The position numbers and the translations under genes are program-made. A stretch of 61,963 nt of DNA, the filler included, from an uncultured bacterium (GTDB taxonomy: Bacteria > CAYUVA01): NCBI GenBank assembly GCA_964448115.1. It is 8 parts of 8 records of this genome, joined end to end, with 100 filler letters (N's around TTAATTAATTAA, not from the genome) between each part and the next. Parts side by side here need not be neighbours in the genome. Positions count along the whole stretch, not along the records: positions 1 to 10,748 come from CAYUVA010000065.1; positions 10,849 to 20,521 come from CAYUVA010000067.1; positions 20,622 to 28,390 come from CAYUVA010000070.1; 5 more parts are not named here. The stretch is one strand, 5' to 3'. Positions within the stretch are counted from its first letter, which is position 1; every line of letters starts with the position of its first letter. A model generated the notes under the pieces. The model ran no database searches, was not told the DNA's origin, and saw only the letters and a list, made by a program, of their open reading frames with translations. Of this stretch, positions 10,164 to 20,624 are shown piece by piece.

Positions 10164-10526
10164 CTATCGCTCCCTTTCCCCGGTAACCTTCACATTACCT
10201 ATTATCCTCGCACCGTCCTTGACAAGCAGCCTTGGTGTTATGATATTACCGAATACCTTTCCCTCTTCTCTGATAGCCACTCCCTTTTTTGCATTGATCG
10301 GACCATCCACTTCGCCATCAACGATGACCGTCTCGGCAAGGATATCAGCATCGACCTTGCCGGTTCTCTCAATATAACAAGTGCTCTGAGGGATGTGTAT
10401 ATGTCCCTTGATGTGCCCCCCCACTCGAAGGTTTCCGCCACCGCTGACAGAGCCTTCCAGGTGTATGCCCTCTTGAATGACCGTATTAGAAGTCTGGGCT
10501 TTTACGCTCTCCTCAGTTATCTCCAT
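10164..10526 (-). CDS. Bactofilin (polymer-forming cytoskeletal protein)
   Basis: TVIQEGIHLEGSV...LRVGGHIKGHI...VIVDGEVDGPI...GKVFGNI...GARIIGNV beta-helix repeats. Confidence 0.9.
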   Translation of the reverse strand: MEITEESVKAQTSNTVIQEGIHLEGSVSGGGNLRVGGHIKGHIHIPQSTCYIERTGKVDADILAETVIVDGEVDGPINAKKGVAIREEGKVFGNIITPRLLVKDGARIIGNVKVTGERER

Positions 10527-10748
10527 TTTACATCTCCTAAGACAGCAGGTTAATTATCTTTAAACATAATAATTATCACAAATAAAAAGTACTAGTTGCG
10601 GTTGGCGATGTCAAGGTATGGGATTACACACACCGTCAGCTCGAAAAGATCGTAGCCACCCCGCTTGTTAGAGGGGATGTTCCTGAAGTCCCCTCTATCA
10701 AGAGGGGATTTAGGGAGGTGTCATTCCACAGATAATTCATGAACCTTT

Positions 10749-10848
10749 NNNNNNNNNNNNNNNNNNNNNNNNNNNNNNNNNNNNNNNNNNNNTTAATTAA
10801 TTAANNNNNNNNNNNNNNNNNNNNNNNNNNNNNNNNNNNNNNNNNNNN
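10749..10848. other. Artificial contig linker (N44-TTAATTAATTAA-N44); identical linkers at 20522-20621, 28391-28490, 35681-35780, 42855-42954, 49772-49871, 55871-55970
   Basis: Six-frame stop linker embedded in N runs; the segments between linkers decrease in length. Confidence 0.99.
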
Positions 10849-11531
10849 AGAACTGGGAGCGATTGGGTCCCCCAGGCGGCTTCCCCGAATGGCCTTCTGA
10901 TGTGGTGGTGGACTACCAAAACCCGAATAGGATAGTGGTAACGATGTGCGGCGTGAATGATTGGGGCGGTATGGCTAGAAGCTTTGACGGGGGAAAAACA
11001 TGGGAATTAAAAAGAACAGGTTGTGCAGAAAAAGTATTAATTAATTATCACAATCCGAATATTTTATATAGCCATGGCGAAAGTGGGTATATTGCTAAAA
11101 GTTACGATTTTGGGTGGAATTGGGAAGAATTTGAGATGTCAAAATATAATACTAGTGATTCTGCTTTATCTCGAGAAAATATTGTTTTTCAGGCAACATT
11201 CGAAGATGGTATTCACCTACGACGTGATGGATATAGACCAATGATATTATCTTCAGGTTATTTAATTGATAATTATAATTTATCAATATTTACAATTATA
11301 TATGATAAAGATACAATTTATGACATCAAAGATGTTCAATTATATTATAAAAATACACCATTAGGAATAAATTTATCTCTGATAAATACAATAAATAATG
11401 AAATAGGATTATATTCTATTTCTTTTGAGATAAACGAAGATACTACCATTAACCTATTATTAGAAATAGGAGGAGAAGATGAAAACATCTACAAGACAAA
11501 ATTATGGCCTTACCTTTTCGTTGGCGATTAG
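10849..11531 (+). CDS. C-terminal part of a BNR/Asp-box repeat protein ending in a divergent WPYL domain (5' end lost at contig edge)
   Basis: SFDGGKTW and SYDFGWNW Asp-boxes; ends LLLEIGGED...LWPYLFVGD; AT-rich. Confidence 0.75.
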
Positions 11532-11922
11532 CATCATTACACTTTTGGTCTCGTTGGCGAATATCGATATTATATTTGCTAACACATCAACACCTACTCC
11601 CACACCGACATCAACACCTAAATATTATTATATTGAAGCGGGGCAAGAACCATGTTTTGGATGTGAACCTGACCATCCCTACAATCTCTTTTTCCACAAA
11701 CACCAGGACGATTATCCCCATACAGATTGTGTTCCCTTTTTCCCGGTTTATCGTAGTGCGTTCAGCTTGCTGTATGTGTGGATGACTCATCCAGAAGGCG
11801 GCACAATCAATGGCATCTATTATCCCGATCACGCCCAAGCCAAAGCCTTCATCACCGAGTCCAAGGCAAAGGGCTTCAACATGTTCCGCATATTTCTCAA
11901 CATCCCTTGGGGTGCTTCGTAA
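11479..11922 (+). CDS. Secreted protein with signal peptide and PT linker, probably truncated (start of a glycoside-hydrolase-like region)
   Basis: Hydrophobic N-terminus, STPTPTPTSTP, ends shortly after KAKGFNMFRIFL, which resembles the first strands of a GH-A TIM barrel. Confidence 0.5.
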   Translation: MKTSTRQNYGLTFSLAISIITLLVSLANIDIIFANTSTPTPTPTSTPKYYYIEAGQEPCFGCEPDHPYNLFFHKHQDDYPHTDCVPFFPVYRSAFSLLYVWMTHPEGGTINGIYYPDHAQAKAFITESKAKGFNMFRIFLNIPWGAS

Positions 11923-12053
11923 TCATTTATCCAGGCGGTGCTTGTACTGATAACTAGGCAATCGTTTTCATTCTACCTTGCATATCAGGATATGGTCGCG
12001 CATCTGTTGCTCTTCGACAGGGCAATTATTTAACAGGAAGCTTCATTTTCTAC

Positions 12054-12122
12054 TTGACAACGGTATCATAGGGTATAAATTATAGTTAAATAGACAACAG
12101 TATCATAGAGTACTAAATTATA
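12054..12122 (+). promoter_or_regulatory. Promoter region with tandem imperfect direct repeat upstream of the metal efflux operon
   Basis: TTGACA at 12054; GACAACGGTATCATAGGGTATAAATTATA and GACAACAGTATCATAGAGTACTAAATTATA are 37 bp apart. Confidence 0.5.
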
Positions 12123-12601
12123 TATAGTTTAATATGAGCGAGGGATACGATGATTTCCTTCAAGACAACAGAGATGAGGCGCTACTTAGGGACATGGTAT
12201 GTGGCGTGTATTGCGCTGGCGCTGGTATTATTCTTATCGCCTGCTCTTATTGCCGAGCAACCAGGCAGCCTGGAAGATGCTTTATCAGCGGTATCTTCCT
12301 CTGCGCCGCCATCGCCATCCATTGCCGGGGGTCTTTTGGCCGCTGCGCAGCAGGCTCCCCCCGCCGAAGCACTTCGGAAGGTAGCCATATAGATCGTTTA
12401 TCCTTCGGTAAAAGTTAGTTATCTTCATCAGGCATCCTGCACTTATTATCACTTTGATCCAGCAGGTTCGAATTTAGGTATGAAAATGCCCTCTACTTTG
12501 CTGCCGGAGCAAGACTTTAATAAACTCGGAAATAAATCATACCAAAGGTATGTTTTCATAATAAATCAAAATGATTTATGTAATGCACAGAGGCGTTTTA
12601 G

Positions 12602-13906
12602 ATGTCTGATAGAAACATCCTGGTTGATTCTCTTATGATAATTACTCTTTGTATGGTCTTGACGGTCAGTGCGGATCAATCCATTGTTTCACTTGGTTTC
12701 CTAATAGACTATGCACTTGAACATAGTCCCCGATTAGAGGCTACCAGGCAACACTGGATTGCAGCACAAGAGGAAGCATCCATCGTCGGCTCACTTCCAG
12801 ATCCCAAGGTGAGCACAACCTATTTCGCTCAGGAAGTGGAGACTCGAGTCGGTCCCCAGCAATTGAAGCTAGGGATCTCGCAGTCATTCCCCTTGTTTGG
12901 CAAATTGCGCTACTCTGCCCAGGCTGCGCGCTTTGATGCCAAAGCCGAGGAGCATCGCTATAGATCGGCAAAATCGATGCTCATCTACTCGATCAAGAGG
13001 GATTATTACGAATATTATTATATAGAACAAGCGATACGAATTACCCAAGAGAATCTGCAATTCCTCGAATACTTGCAAAATGTCGCTGCCAGCAGGTATA
13101 GGGTAGGTACAGCATCTCATGCTGATCTTATTCGAGCGCAGATCGAGGTGGAACGACTGCGCAATGAGCTTATCGACCTTAAGCAGCAAAGGATACCAAT
13201 AAGGGCAAAAATCATCGCTGAAGCATATCTTTCTGCTGACTATAATCTTGTCGCTCCCAGCATGATGTCAACTGAGAGACTGGATGTTGAATACGAAGCG
13301 CTGCTCGATAAAGTGTTCACCTCCAATCCGCAGATCCTTGCACAACAGTCCCTCGCCTCCGCTGCTCAAAGTAAAGTCTTACTGGCTAAAAGCCAGTCCT
13401 ACCCAGATCTGATGGTGGGAGTAGATTATGTCATTACTGGGGAATCGTGGATGAGCGATGTACAGGATAGCGGCAAAGACCCGATCATGGTCATGGCAGC
13501 GGTAAATATACCTGTCTATAAGGGAAAATATAATGCCATGACCCGCCGGGCAAAGAGCATGAAGATTTCAGCAGATCTGCTCATTCAAGCACTTAAGAAT
13601 GACCTGGAGGCTGACCTGCAAAGGGCACTCAAGAAATACAACGATGCACAGCGCAAGGTCGTTTTATATGGCAATTCGCTTCTGCCCAAGGCAAGGGAGT
13701 CACTGGAAGTGATCCAACAGGGATATGCAGCTGGAAATATCGACTATCTATCGTTGATAGATGCTTATAAAACGCTGCTTAGGCTCAGCTTGACTCATCA
13801 GCGTGCCCTGGCGGATCAAGCGATACAAGCTGCCTATATCAAGATGCTAAGCAGCGAGGATCTCCACAGCTTCGAGCAAGCACAACAAGGGGAGCATAAT
13901 GAGTAA
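12602..13906 (+). CDS. TolC-family outer membrane efflux protein (CusC-like)
   Basis: OEP repeats (ALEHSPRL, SLPDP, YPDLMVG), first gene of an RND operon, overlaps the next gene. Confidence 0.9.
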   Translation: MSDRNILVDSLMIITLCMVLTVSADQSIVSLGFLIDYALEHSPRLEATRQHWIAAQEEASIVGSLPDPKVSTTYFAQEVETRVGPQQLKLGISQSFPLFGKLRYSAQAARFDAKAEEHRYRSAKSMLIYSIKRDYYEYYYIEQAIRITQENLQFLEYLQNVAASRYRVGTASHADLIRAQIEVERLRNELIDLKQQRIPIRAKIIAEAYLSADYNLVAPSMMSTERLDVEYEALLDKVFTSNPQILAQQSLASAAQSKVLLAKSQSYPDLMVGVDYVITGESWMSDVQDSGKDPIMVMAAVNIPVYKGKYNAMTRRAKSMKISADLLIQALKNDLEADLQRALKKYNDAQRKVVLYGNSLLPKARESLEVIQQGYAAGNIDYLSLIDAYKTLLRLSLTHQRALADQAIQAAYIKMLSSEDLHSFEQAQQGEHNE

Positions 13907-15437
13907 GCTATTGACCATGATAAAATCGAATTATCAGGTGGGACTCATCATACTGGGAGCCTTTATTATCGGATATTTGAGTGGTATCAGCGGCGAGGGT
14001 GATGGAGATAAAGCCATCCCTGATGCGGTTCACTCCGATACGCAACAGCCAAAGGTCGAGGTTTGGACTTGCTCCATGCATCCCCAGATCCGGCAACCGA
14101 ATCCAGGCAAGTGTCCCCTGTGCGGGATGGATCTGCTTCTGGTCGAGGATGATACATCGGGTAAGGAAAAAGGTGCTCGGCAGTTGACCTTGTCCGCCTG
14201 GGCACAGCAGCTCGCTCAGGTGCAAGTGGTGCCGGTGCGCCGTCGCCTGGTCGATATACAGCTGCGTTTGGTTGGTAAGGTAAAGTACGATGAGACCAGG
14301 CTCGGCTATATCACCGCCTGGGTGCCGGGGCGATTGGACAGGCTCTATGTAGATTTTACCGGCATGTCGGTGCGCAAGGGAGACCATCTGGTCGAGATCT
14401 ACAGCCCTCAGCTCATTTCTGCACAAGAGGAGCTGCTCCAGGCGCAGAAGACCTTGAGCAGCCTTGCCAAGACCAGCCCCAAGACCCTGCTCGATTCTGC
14501 ACGAAGCAACCTTGATGCAGCCAAAGAAAGGCTGATCCAGTGGGGACTCACCCCAAGCCAGGTCAATAACATAATTAAAAGCGGTAAACCGAGCGAACAT
14601 GTAACCATCTATTCACCGATGTCCGGAACCATAATCGATAAAAATGCGGTGGAGGGTGCTTATGTGCAGGTCGGAACCAAGATCTACACCATAGCAGATC
14701 TGAGTCGGGTTTGGGTGCTGCTAGATGCTTACGAGGCGGATATCCAATGGCTACGCTATGGACAAGATGTCGAGTTCACCACCGAGTCATATCCAGGCAG
14801 GGTATTCAAGGGAAAGATTGCCTTTATTGACCCTGTGTTAGATCCTGTAACCAGAACAGTTAAAATTCGTGTCAATGCCCCTAACGATCGGGGTTTACTC
14901 AAGCCGGAAATGTTCGTCCATGCCATCGTTCATTCTACTATTGCCTCTGCTGACCAGGTGATCGAGCCAGCGCTGGCCGAGAAGTACCTTTGCCCTATGC
15001 ATCCCTGGGTGATCAAAGATATTAGAGGGAAATGTGATCTCTGCGGCATGGAGCTGGTGAAGCCAGAGACGCTCGGATATGCCTCTTATGATCCCAATAG
15101 TATAACGCCACCATTGGTCATCCCCATTACCGCTCCGCTCATCACCGGTAAGCGCGCCGTGGTCTATGTCCAAGATCCCTCAGAAAAGTGGACTTACCAT
15201 GGCAGAGAGGTTGTGCTGGGTCCCCGAGCCAAAGATTATTATATCGTTCATCACGGCTTGAGCGAGGGGGAGCTGGTGGTAGTAAACGGCAACTTCAAGA
15301 TAGACAGCGCCATGCAGATATTAGCCAAACCGAGCATGATGAATCCGCAAGGGGGTGCACCACCGCCAGGACACGATAACGGGCAAAAAAAATCAAGTGC
15401 TGCCTCAGACCAGGAAATATTTAAACATAATCATTGA
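13899..15437 (+). CDS. cusB: CusB-type RND periplasmic adaptor with two heavy-metal-binding domains
   Basis: WTCSMHPQI...GKCPLCGMDL and YLCPMHP...GKCDLCGMEL; IADLSRVW; LKPEMF. Confidence 0.92.
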   Translation: MSKLLTMIKSNYQVGLIILGAFIIGYLSGISGEGDGDKAIPDAVHSDTQQPKVEVWTCSMHPQIRQPNPGKCPLCGMDLLLVEDDTSGKEKGARQLTLSAWAQQLAQVQVVPVRRRLVDIQLRLVGKVKYDETRLGYITAWVPGRLDRLYVDFTGMSVRKGDHLVEIYSPQLISAQEELLQAQKTLSSLAKTSPKTLLDSARSNLDAAKERLIQWGLTPSQVNNIIKSGKPSEHVTIYSPMSGTIIDKNAVEGAYVQVGTKIYTIADLSRVWVLLDAYEADIQWLRYGQDVEFTTESYPGRVFKGKIAFIDPVLDPVTRTVKIRVNAPNDRGLLKPEMFVHAIVHSTIASADQVIEPALAEKYLCPMHPWVIKDIRGKCDLCGMELVKPETLGYASYDPNSITPPLVIPITAPLITGKRAVVYVQDPSEKWTYHGREVVLGPRAKDYYIVHHGLSEGELVVVNGNFKIDSAMQILAKPSMMNPQGGAPPPGHDNGQKKSSAASDQEIFKHNH

Positions 15438-15461
15438 CCATACCAATAATCAAGACTGCTT

Positions 15462-18400
15462 ATGGAGCGAGAAACACCTGAAAATAGCCACCACAAGGAC
15501 TCACTACTGGATGGCATCATCCACTTCAGCCTGGGAAACAAGCTGCTAGTATTCGTCTTTGTTGTTCTGATGGTGCTCTGGGGGCTGATGGTGGCTCCAT
15601 TTGATTGGAAGTTTTCCTGGCTACCCGGAGATCCAGTGCCGGTGGATGCAATACCGGATATCGGAGAAAACCAACAGATCGTCTTCACCGAGTGGATGGG
15701 GCGGTCTCCGCAGGATGTCGAGGACCAGGTTACCTACCCATTGACCATCGCCTTGCTTGGCATTCCAGGAGTAAAGACCATTCGCAGCTCCTCCATGTTC
15801 GGATTTTCAAGCATCTATGTCATCTTCAAGGAGAGTGTCGATTTCTACTGGTCTCGCTCCCGCATCCTTGAGAAGCTAAGCAGCCTGCCGCCGGGTACGC
15901 TTCCCCCAGATGCTAAACCGGTTCTGGGACCCGATGCCACTGCGCTGGGGCAGGTGTTCTGGTACACACTGGAGGGACTAGACAGAAATGGTGTTCCGAC
16001 CGGAGGCTGGGATCTGCACGAGCTGCGCAGCATACAGGACTGGTATGTGCGCTATGCGCTTCAATCGGCTGATGGAGTCAGCGAGGTTGCCTCGGTGGGA
16101 GGCTTTGTCAAGGAGTACCAGATCGATGTTGACCCGGATGCGATGCGCGCCTACAAGGTCAGCCTGCATCAAGTCATCGAGGCGGTTAGAAAGTCGAACC
16201 TCGATGTGGGGGCTAGAACTATCGAGGTCAATCGTGTTGAGTATGTTGTGCGCGGGATCGGGTTCATTCAAGCCATCGAAGACTTGGAGAATACTGTGGT
16301 TGCAGTAAATGACAATGTCCCGGTCTATCTGTCCAACATAGCTCATATCAGCCTAGGTCCAGCCCTTCGCCGTGGTGCTCTGGACAAGGAAGGAGCTGAG
16401 GCAGTCGGCGGCGTGGTGGTGGTGCGCTATGGACAAAATCCTCTGGAGGCGATCAATAATGTAAAAAAGAAAATAAAGGAGATCTCGCCTGCCCTGCCCA
16501 GCAAGACGCTCCCTGACGGCACGGTGAGCAAGGTTACCATAGTGCCATTTTACGACCGCACTGGACTAATTTACGAGACCCTGGATACCCTCCAAGAAGC
16601 GCTCATCCTGGAGATACTTATAACTATAATCGTAGTGCTGGTTATGGTCAGGCACCTAAAGAGCGCGCTACTCATATCCGGGTTGCTGCCGCTGGCTGTG
16701 TTGATGGCGTTTATCGCAATGAAGCTCTTCGGGGTCGATGCCAATATAGTTGCCCTGTCAGGGATCGCCATAGCCATCGGGACAATGGTCGATATGGGGA
16801 TCATAGTATCGGAGAATATCCTTAAGCGTTTAAGCGAGGAAAAAGAGAATCCAGATACATTCTCCATCGTCTATTCAGCCGCAAGAGAGGTCGGCACAGC
16901 GGTGCTCACCGCCATCTCTACCACCGTAATCAGCTTCCTCCCCGTCTTTACAATGCAGGCAGCCGAGGGAAAGCTGTTTAAACCATTGGCATTCACCAAG
17001 ACCTTTGCCTTGATCGCCTCTGCCATAGTAGCCTTGACCATCATACCCCCACTAGCACATTTACTGCTCCCCAAGCGCAAGCCAAGATGGTATCAGCGCC
17101 ATATACTCCCTGGGGGGCTGCTGATAATCGGGATTATAGTAATGGTATCGGTCAAATGGTGGCTAGGAGCGATAATTATAGCTTATGCAGTTTATAGATT
17201 GATCGAGCGACTGCTCCCCAAGATAGGCTTGCGTATCGCATCAATCGCAATCGATGCGACTGCGGTAACTCTGGTCGCCTGGCTGTTGGCTAGCCGTTGG
17301 CTTCCGCTGGGGCCACAGAACGGTATCCTGCTTAACTTCATCTTCGTAGGGATTATCATCGCCATCGTTCTTGTCGGAATGCGGGGATTCATTACTATCT
17401 ATCCGCAAGCACTGCGCTGGTGCCTGGATCATAAGCTGCTTTTTCTATCCATGCCTATGCTTATCCTGTTTCTGGGGTTGTTGATCTGGCTCGGTTTCCC
17501 CAAGGTATTCAATTGGCTCCCATCGAGTTGGATTTCAGCGGAGCCGCTCTCAGTGGTAGCGCATAAGTTCCCCGGTTTGTCCAAGGAGTTCATGCCTCCG
17601 CTCGATGAAGGATCATTTCTTTTTATGCCCACAACTATGCCCCATGCAGCCATAAGCGAAGCGCTCGATATCCTCCAAAAACAGGATATGGCAATAAAGG
17701 ACATCCCAGAAGTCGATTCGGTGGTCGGTAAGATCGGAAGGGTCGAATCGCCGCTCGATCCGGCACCAGTCTCCATGATCGAGACGGTGATAAACTATCT
17801 TCCCCAGTTTCTGGCCGATGAACATGGCAATCTACTCACCTTCGAGTTCGACCCTGATGAGATCGATTATTTCAGGGATGCTTTGGGCAATCCGCTGCCA
17901 GCGCCAGATGGAGAGCCTTATTTAGTGCAAGGTAAATTCCTCCGCGATAAGCATGGCAAATTGATACCCAAGCGTGGTGGGATGCCGTTTCGTCTTTGGC
18001 GACCAATGCTCGATCCAGACCTGAATCCAGGGCGGGAGGCATGGAAGGGTATCCAGCACCCGGATGATATCTGGCGGGAGATCGTCGATGCTGCCCAGCT
18101 TCCAGGCGTAACCTCTGCGCCAAAGCTGCAACCTATAGCCGCCCGGCTGGTAATGCTGCAAAGCGGGATGAGGGCGCCAATGGGAATCAAGGTCAAGGGA
18201 AAAGATCTGGCATCCATCGAAAAAGCCGGGTTTATACTTGAGGAAAAGCTCAAGGAAGTTCCTGCCATAGATGCTGACACAGTGATAGCTGATCGTATCG
18301 TGGGCAAGCCCTACCTTGAGATACATATAGATCGCCGAGCCATTGCGCGCTATGGCATCAAGCTCAGCTCGGTCCAAGAGGTGATAGAGACAGCTATCGG

Positions 18401-19349
18401 TGGCAAGACAATAACGACAACCGTGGAGGGACGCGAGCGCTACACGGTGCGAGTTCGATACCTGCGAGAACTGAGAGACAACCTGAAGGATCTAGGACGA
18501 ATACTGGTGCCATCGCCGAGCGGAGCGCAGATACCACTTGTGCAACTGACTGAGATAAAGTATGTGCGCGGTCCTCAGGTGATCAAAAGCGAGGATGCCG
18601 ACCTGGTCGGATATGTCCTGTTCGATATGAAGCCAGGTTACTCCGAGGTCGATGTGGTAATCCAGGCTGCCGATTATCTTGAAAACCTGAATAGAAAAGG
18701 GGAACTGAATCTTGGCGAGGGGATAAGCTATCAATTTACCGGCACCTACGAGAGCCAGGTCAGGGCGGAAAAAAGGCTGATGGTGGTAGTGCCGCTGGCA
18801 CTTATGATCATATTTCTACTTCTTTATCTTCAGTTTCGCTCCATCCCCATCACTTTGTTCGTGTTTTCGGGGATCGCGGTTGCCTGGTCCGGCGGTTTCA
18901 TTATGATATGGCTCTACGGACAGCCCTGGTTTCTCGATTTAAGCCTATGGGGAGTGAGCATGCGAGAACTATTTCAGGTACATACAATGAACCTCAGCGT
19001 TGCGGTATGGGTGGGATTCCTAGCTCTGTTTGGTATAGCTACCGATGATGGGGTCATAATGGCAACCTACCTGAACCAGGTCTTTGATCGCAGGAAGCCT
19101 ACTGGCAAAGAGCTTATCCGCCAGGCGGTAATCGAAGCCGGCAAGCGCCGAGTCAGACCATGCCTGATGACCATTGCTACCACCATGCTCGCCTTGCTGC
19201 CCGTCATCACATCTCAGGGGCGCGGCTCTGATATAATGGTGCCAATGGCTATTCCATCCTTTGGAGGAATGACCTTTGCGTTGATCACTATCTTCATCGT
19301 GCCAGTCCTTTACAGCTCCTACCATGAAATGATGGACAAGCTCAAGTAG
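15462..19349 (+). CDS. cusA: CusA/SilA-family Cu/Ag RND permease
   Basis: VDAIPDIGENQQIV, GPDATALGQ, AIAIGTMVD, EFMPPLDEG, DPAPVSMIET, RVRPCLMT. Confidence 0.95.
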   Translation: MERETPENSHHKDSLLDGIIHFSLGNKLLVFVFVVLMVLWGLMVAPFDWKFSWLPGDPVPVDAIPDIGENQQIVFTEWMGRSPQDVEDQVTYPLTIALLGIPGVKTIRSSSMFGFSSIYVIFKESVDFYWSRSRILEKLSSLPPGTLPPDAKPVLGPDATALGQVFWYTLEGLDRNGVPTGGWDLHELRSIQDWYVRYALQSADGVSEVASVGGFVKEYQIDVDPDAMRAYKVSLHQVIEAVRKSNLDVGARTIEVNRVEYVVRGIGFIQAIEDLENTVVAVNDNVPVYLSNIAHISLGPALRRGALDKEGAEAVGGVVVVRYGQNPLEAINNVKKKIKEISPALPSKTLPDGTVSKVTIVPFYDRTGLIYETLDTLQEALILEILITIIVVLVMVRHLKSALLISGLLPLAVLMAFIAMKLFGVDANIVALSGIAIAIGTMVDMGIIVSENILKRLSEEKENPDTFSIVYSAAREVGTAVLTAISTTVISFLPVFTMQAAEGKLFKPLAFTKTFALIASAIVALTIIPPLAHLLLPKRKPRWYQRHILPGGLLIIGIIVMVSVKWWLGAIIIAYAVYRLIERLLPKIGLRIASIAIDATAVTLVAWLLASRWLPLGPQNGILLNFIFVGIIIAIVLVGMRGFITIYPQALRWCLDHKLLFLSMPMLILFLGLLIWLGFPKVFNWLPSSWISAEPLSVVAHKFPGLSKEFMPPLDEGSFLFMPTTMPHAAISEALDILQKQDMAIKDIPEVDSVVGKIGRVESPLDPAPVSMIETVINYLPQFLADEHGNLLTFEFDPDEIDYFRDALGNPLPAPDGEPYLVQGKFLRDKHGKLIPKRGGMPFRLWRPMLDPDLNPGREAWKGIQHPDDIWREIVDAAQLPGVTSAPKLQPIAARLVMLQSGMRAPMGIKVKGKDLASIEKAGFILEEKLKEVPAIDADTVIADRIVGKPYLEIHIDRRAIARYGIKLSSVQEVIETAIGGKTITTTVEGRERYTVRVRYLRELRDNLKDLGRILVPSPSGAQIPLVQLTEIKYVRGPQVIKSEDADLVGYVLFDMKPGYSEVDVVIQAADYLENLNRKGELNLGEGISYQFTGTYESQVRAEKRLMVVVPLALMIIFLLLYLQFRSIPITLFVFSGIAVAWSGGFIMIWLYGQPWFLDLSLWGVSMRELFQVHTMNLSVAVWVGFLALFGIATDDGVIMATYLNQVFDRRKPTGKELIRQAVIEAGKRRVRPCLMTIATTMLALLPVITSQGRGSDIMVPMAIPSFGGMTFALITIFIVPVLYSSYHEMMDKLK

Positions 19350-19369
19350 GTTGCTTAAAACTCAACACA

Positions 19370-20060
19370 TAAAAAACTAATCGCTAATCTATCAAAACTA
19401 CCCAAAGACCTGATACATCTTATAGATGATTACCTTCATGGAAAGGCGATCTCCGACCCACTTGAATGCAAGCCCATAAGAAGCCTAGAACACGGAACTA
19501 TGGCAGCCCTATTAAACCTAATTAAAGAGCTCGAATTGGACAAGATGCTTTGCTCGAAGAAAACCGATGTGCGCTCAATAATAATCATTATGATCATCGC
19601 TCGTATAATAAATGCCGGCTTCAAGCTCGAAACCCATCGGTGGGTTCAGGATACTTCTCTGCCAGAGCTTTTAGGGCTAAGCGAAAATGACCTTCATGTA
19701 AACAGGTTCTACGAGGCGATGGATCATCTGCTCAATATGATGGGGAAGATCCAAAAACATCTTATTAATCAACATCCAATTTACCATCGTCTAGTGGATC
19801 GGGTTCGTGCTCATGCGTTCATTTGCATACTTTCATACTATGTTTTATGGGAGTTTGAGCGTCGTTTACAACCACTTTTTGCTCAGAATGGATCCGGTGC
19901 TGTGTATGGTTGGACGGTTACTGAGGTTTTGCGTAAGCTATCAGGCATTCGTTTGGAGCATCGTAGTTTTCATGGCAATGAGTTTACCTAGCAGACCATT
20001 CCGACTTCGGATCAGAATTTGATATTGGAAACTCTAGGTATAGCTTTGAAGAAAAAACAG
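19370..20060 (+). pseudogene. IS1634-family transposase remnant (internal deletion, in-frame stop)
   Basis: N-terminal part (FYEAMDHL) fused directly to C-terminal HPIYHRLVDRVRAHAFICILSY; DDE core absent; TAG before the QTIPTSDQNLILETLGI tail. Confidence 0.75.
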
Positions 20061-20116
20061 GAAAATTGGTAGTTGACTTACCCCCTCGAAAACAAACACC
20101 AAAACCTCTATATAAG

Positions 20117-20521
20117 CTAGTGAAGTTGAGATAAATTACATAGATAAAGCGCGCCGCCCGTTCCTCTATGATCCCAATTATCATAATGGTCAACATAAGG
20201 GTAATATGCGGGGGGAGCGTAGGTTGGAACAGCTTCCGAGCGGTAGCAGGGAGGTCCTTCGTTTGAAGCAAAATATGCATAAGACCACCAACCTCCAAGC
20301 CAAGTTGCCTCAGAATTTGAATTACAATAAAGATACCATAGTTTCTTCGCCCAACCATCACAATCTGCTTCGGTACTATAATATGAAGTTGCATTTTCGA
20401 TCACCCAATATGAAAAAGTTCTCACCTCAAACTGCTCGGTGTCCCAGTTGATCGCTCGCTCTTCCCCGTAGAATACCATAATCACCGTAAAAGGCGAATC
20501 CTCCTGCTCGATGTAGTCATC
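20117..20521 (-). CDS. 3' fragment of a hypothetical aromatic-rich protein (5' end lost at contig edge)
   Basis: Frame open from the gap to the stop at 20117. Confidence 0.5.
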   Translation of the reverse strand, partial: DDYIEQEDSPFTVIMVFYGEERAINWDTEQFEVRTFSYWVIENATSYYSTEADCDGWAKKLWYLYCNSNSEATWLGGWWSYAYFASNEGPPCYRSEAVPTYAPPAYYPYVDHYDNWDHRGTGGALYLCNLSQLH

Positions 20522-20624
20522 NNNNNNNNNNNNNNNNNNNNNNNNNNNNNNNNNNNNNNNNNNNNTTAATTAATTAANNNNNNNNNNNNNNNNNNNNNNN
20601 NNNNNNNNNNNNNNNNNNNNNCTG

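Noticed and set aside
12134-12418. Several overlapping small ORFs upstream of cusC
   Set aside because: One has a signal-peptide-like stretch but no recognisable family or RBS; I cannot choose among the frames.
13908-19325. Numerous antisense and alternate-frame ORFs within cusBA and other long genes
   Set aside because: Shadow ORFs of well-supported genes, with no motifs of their own.
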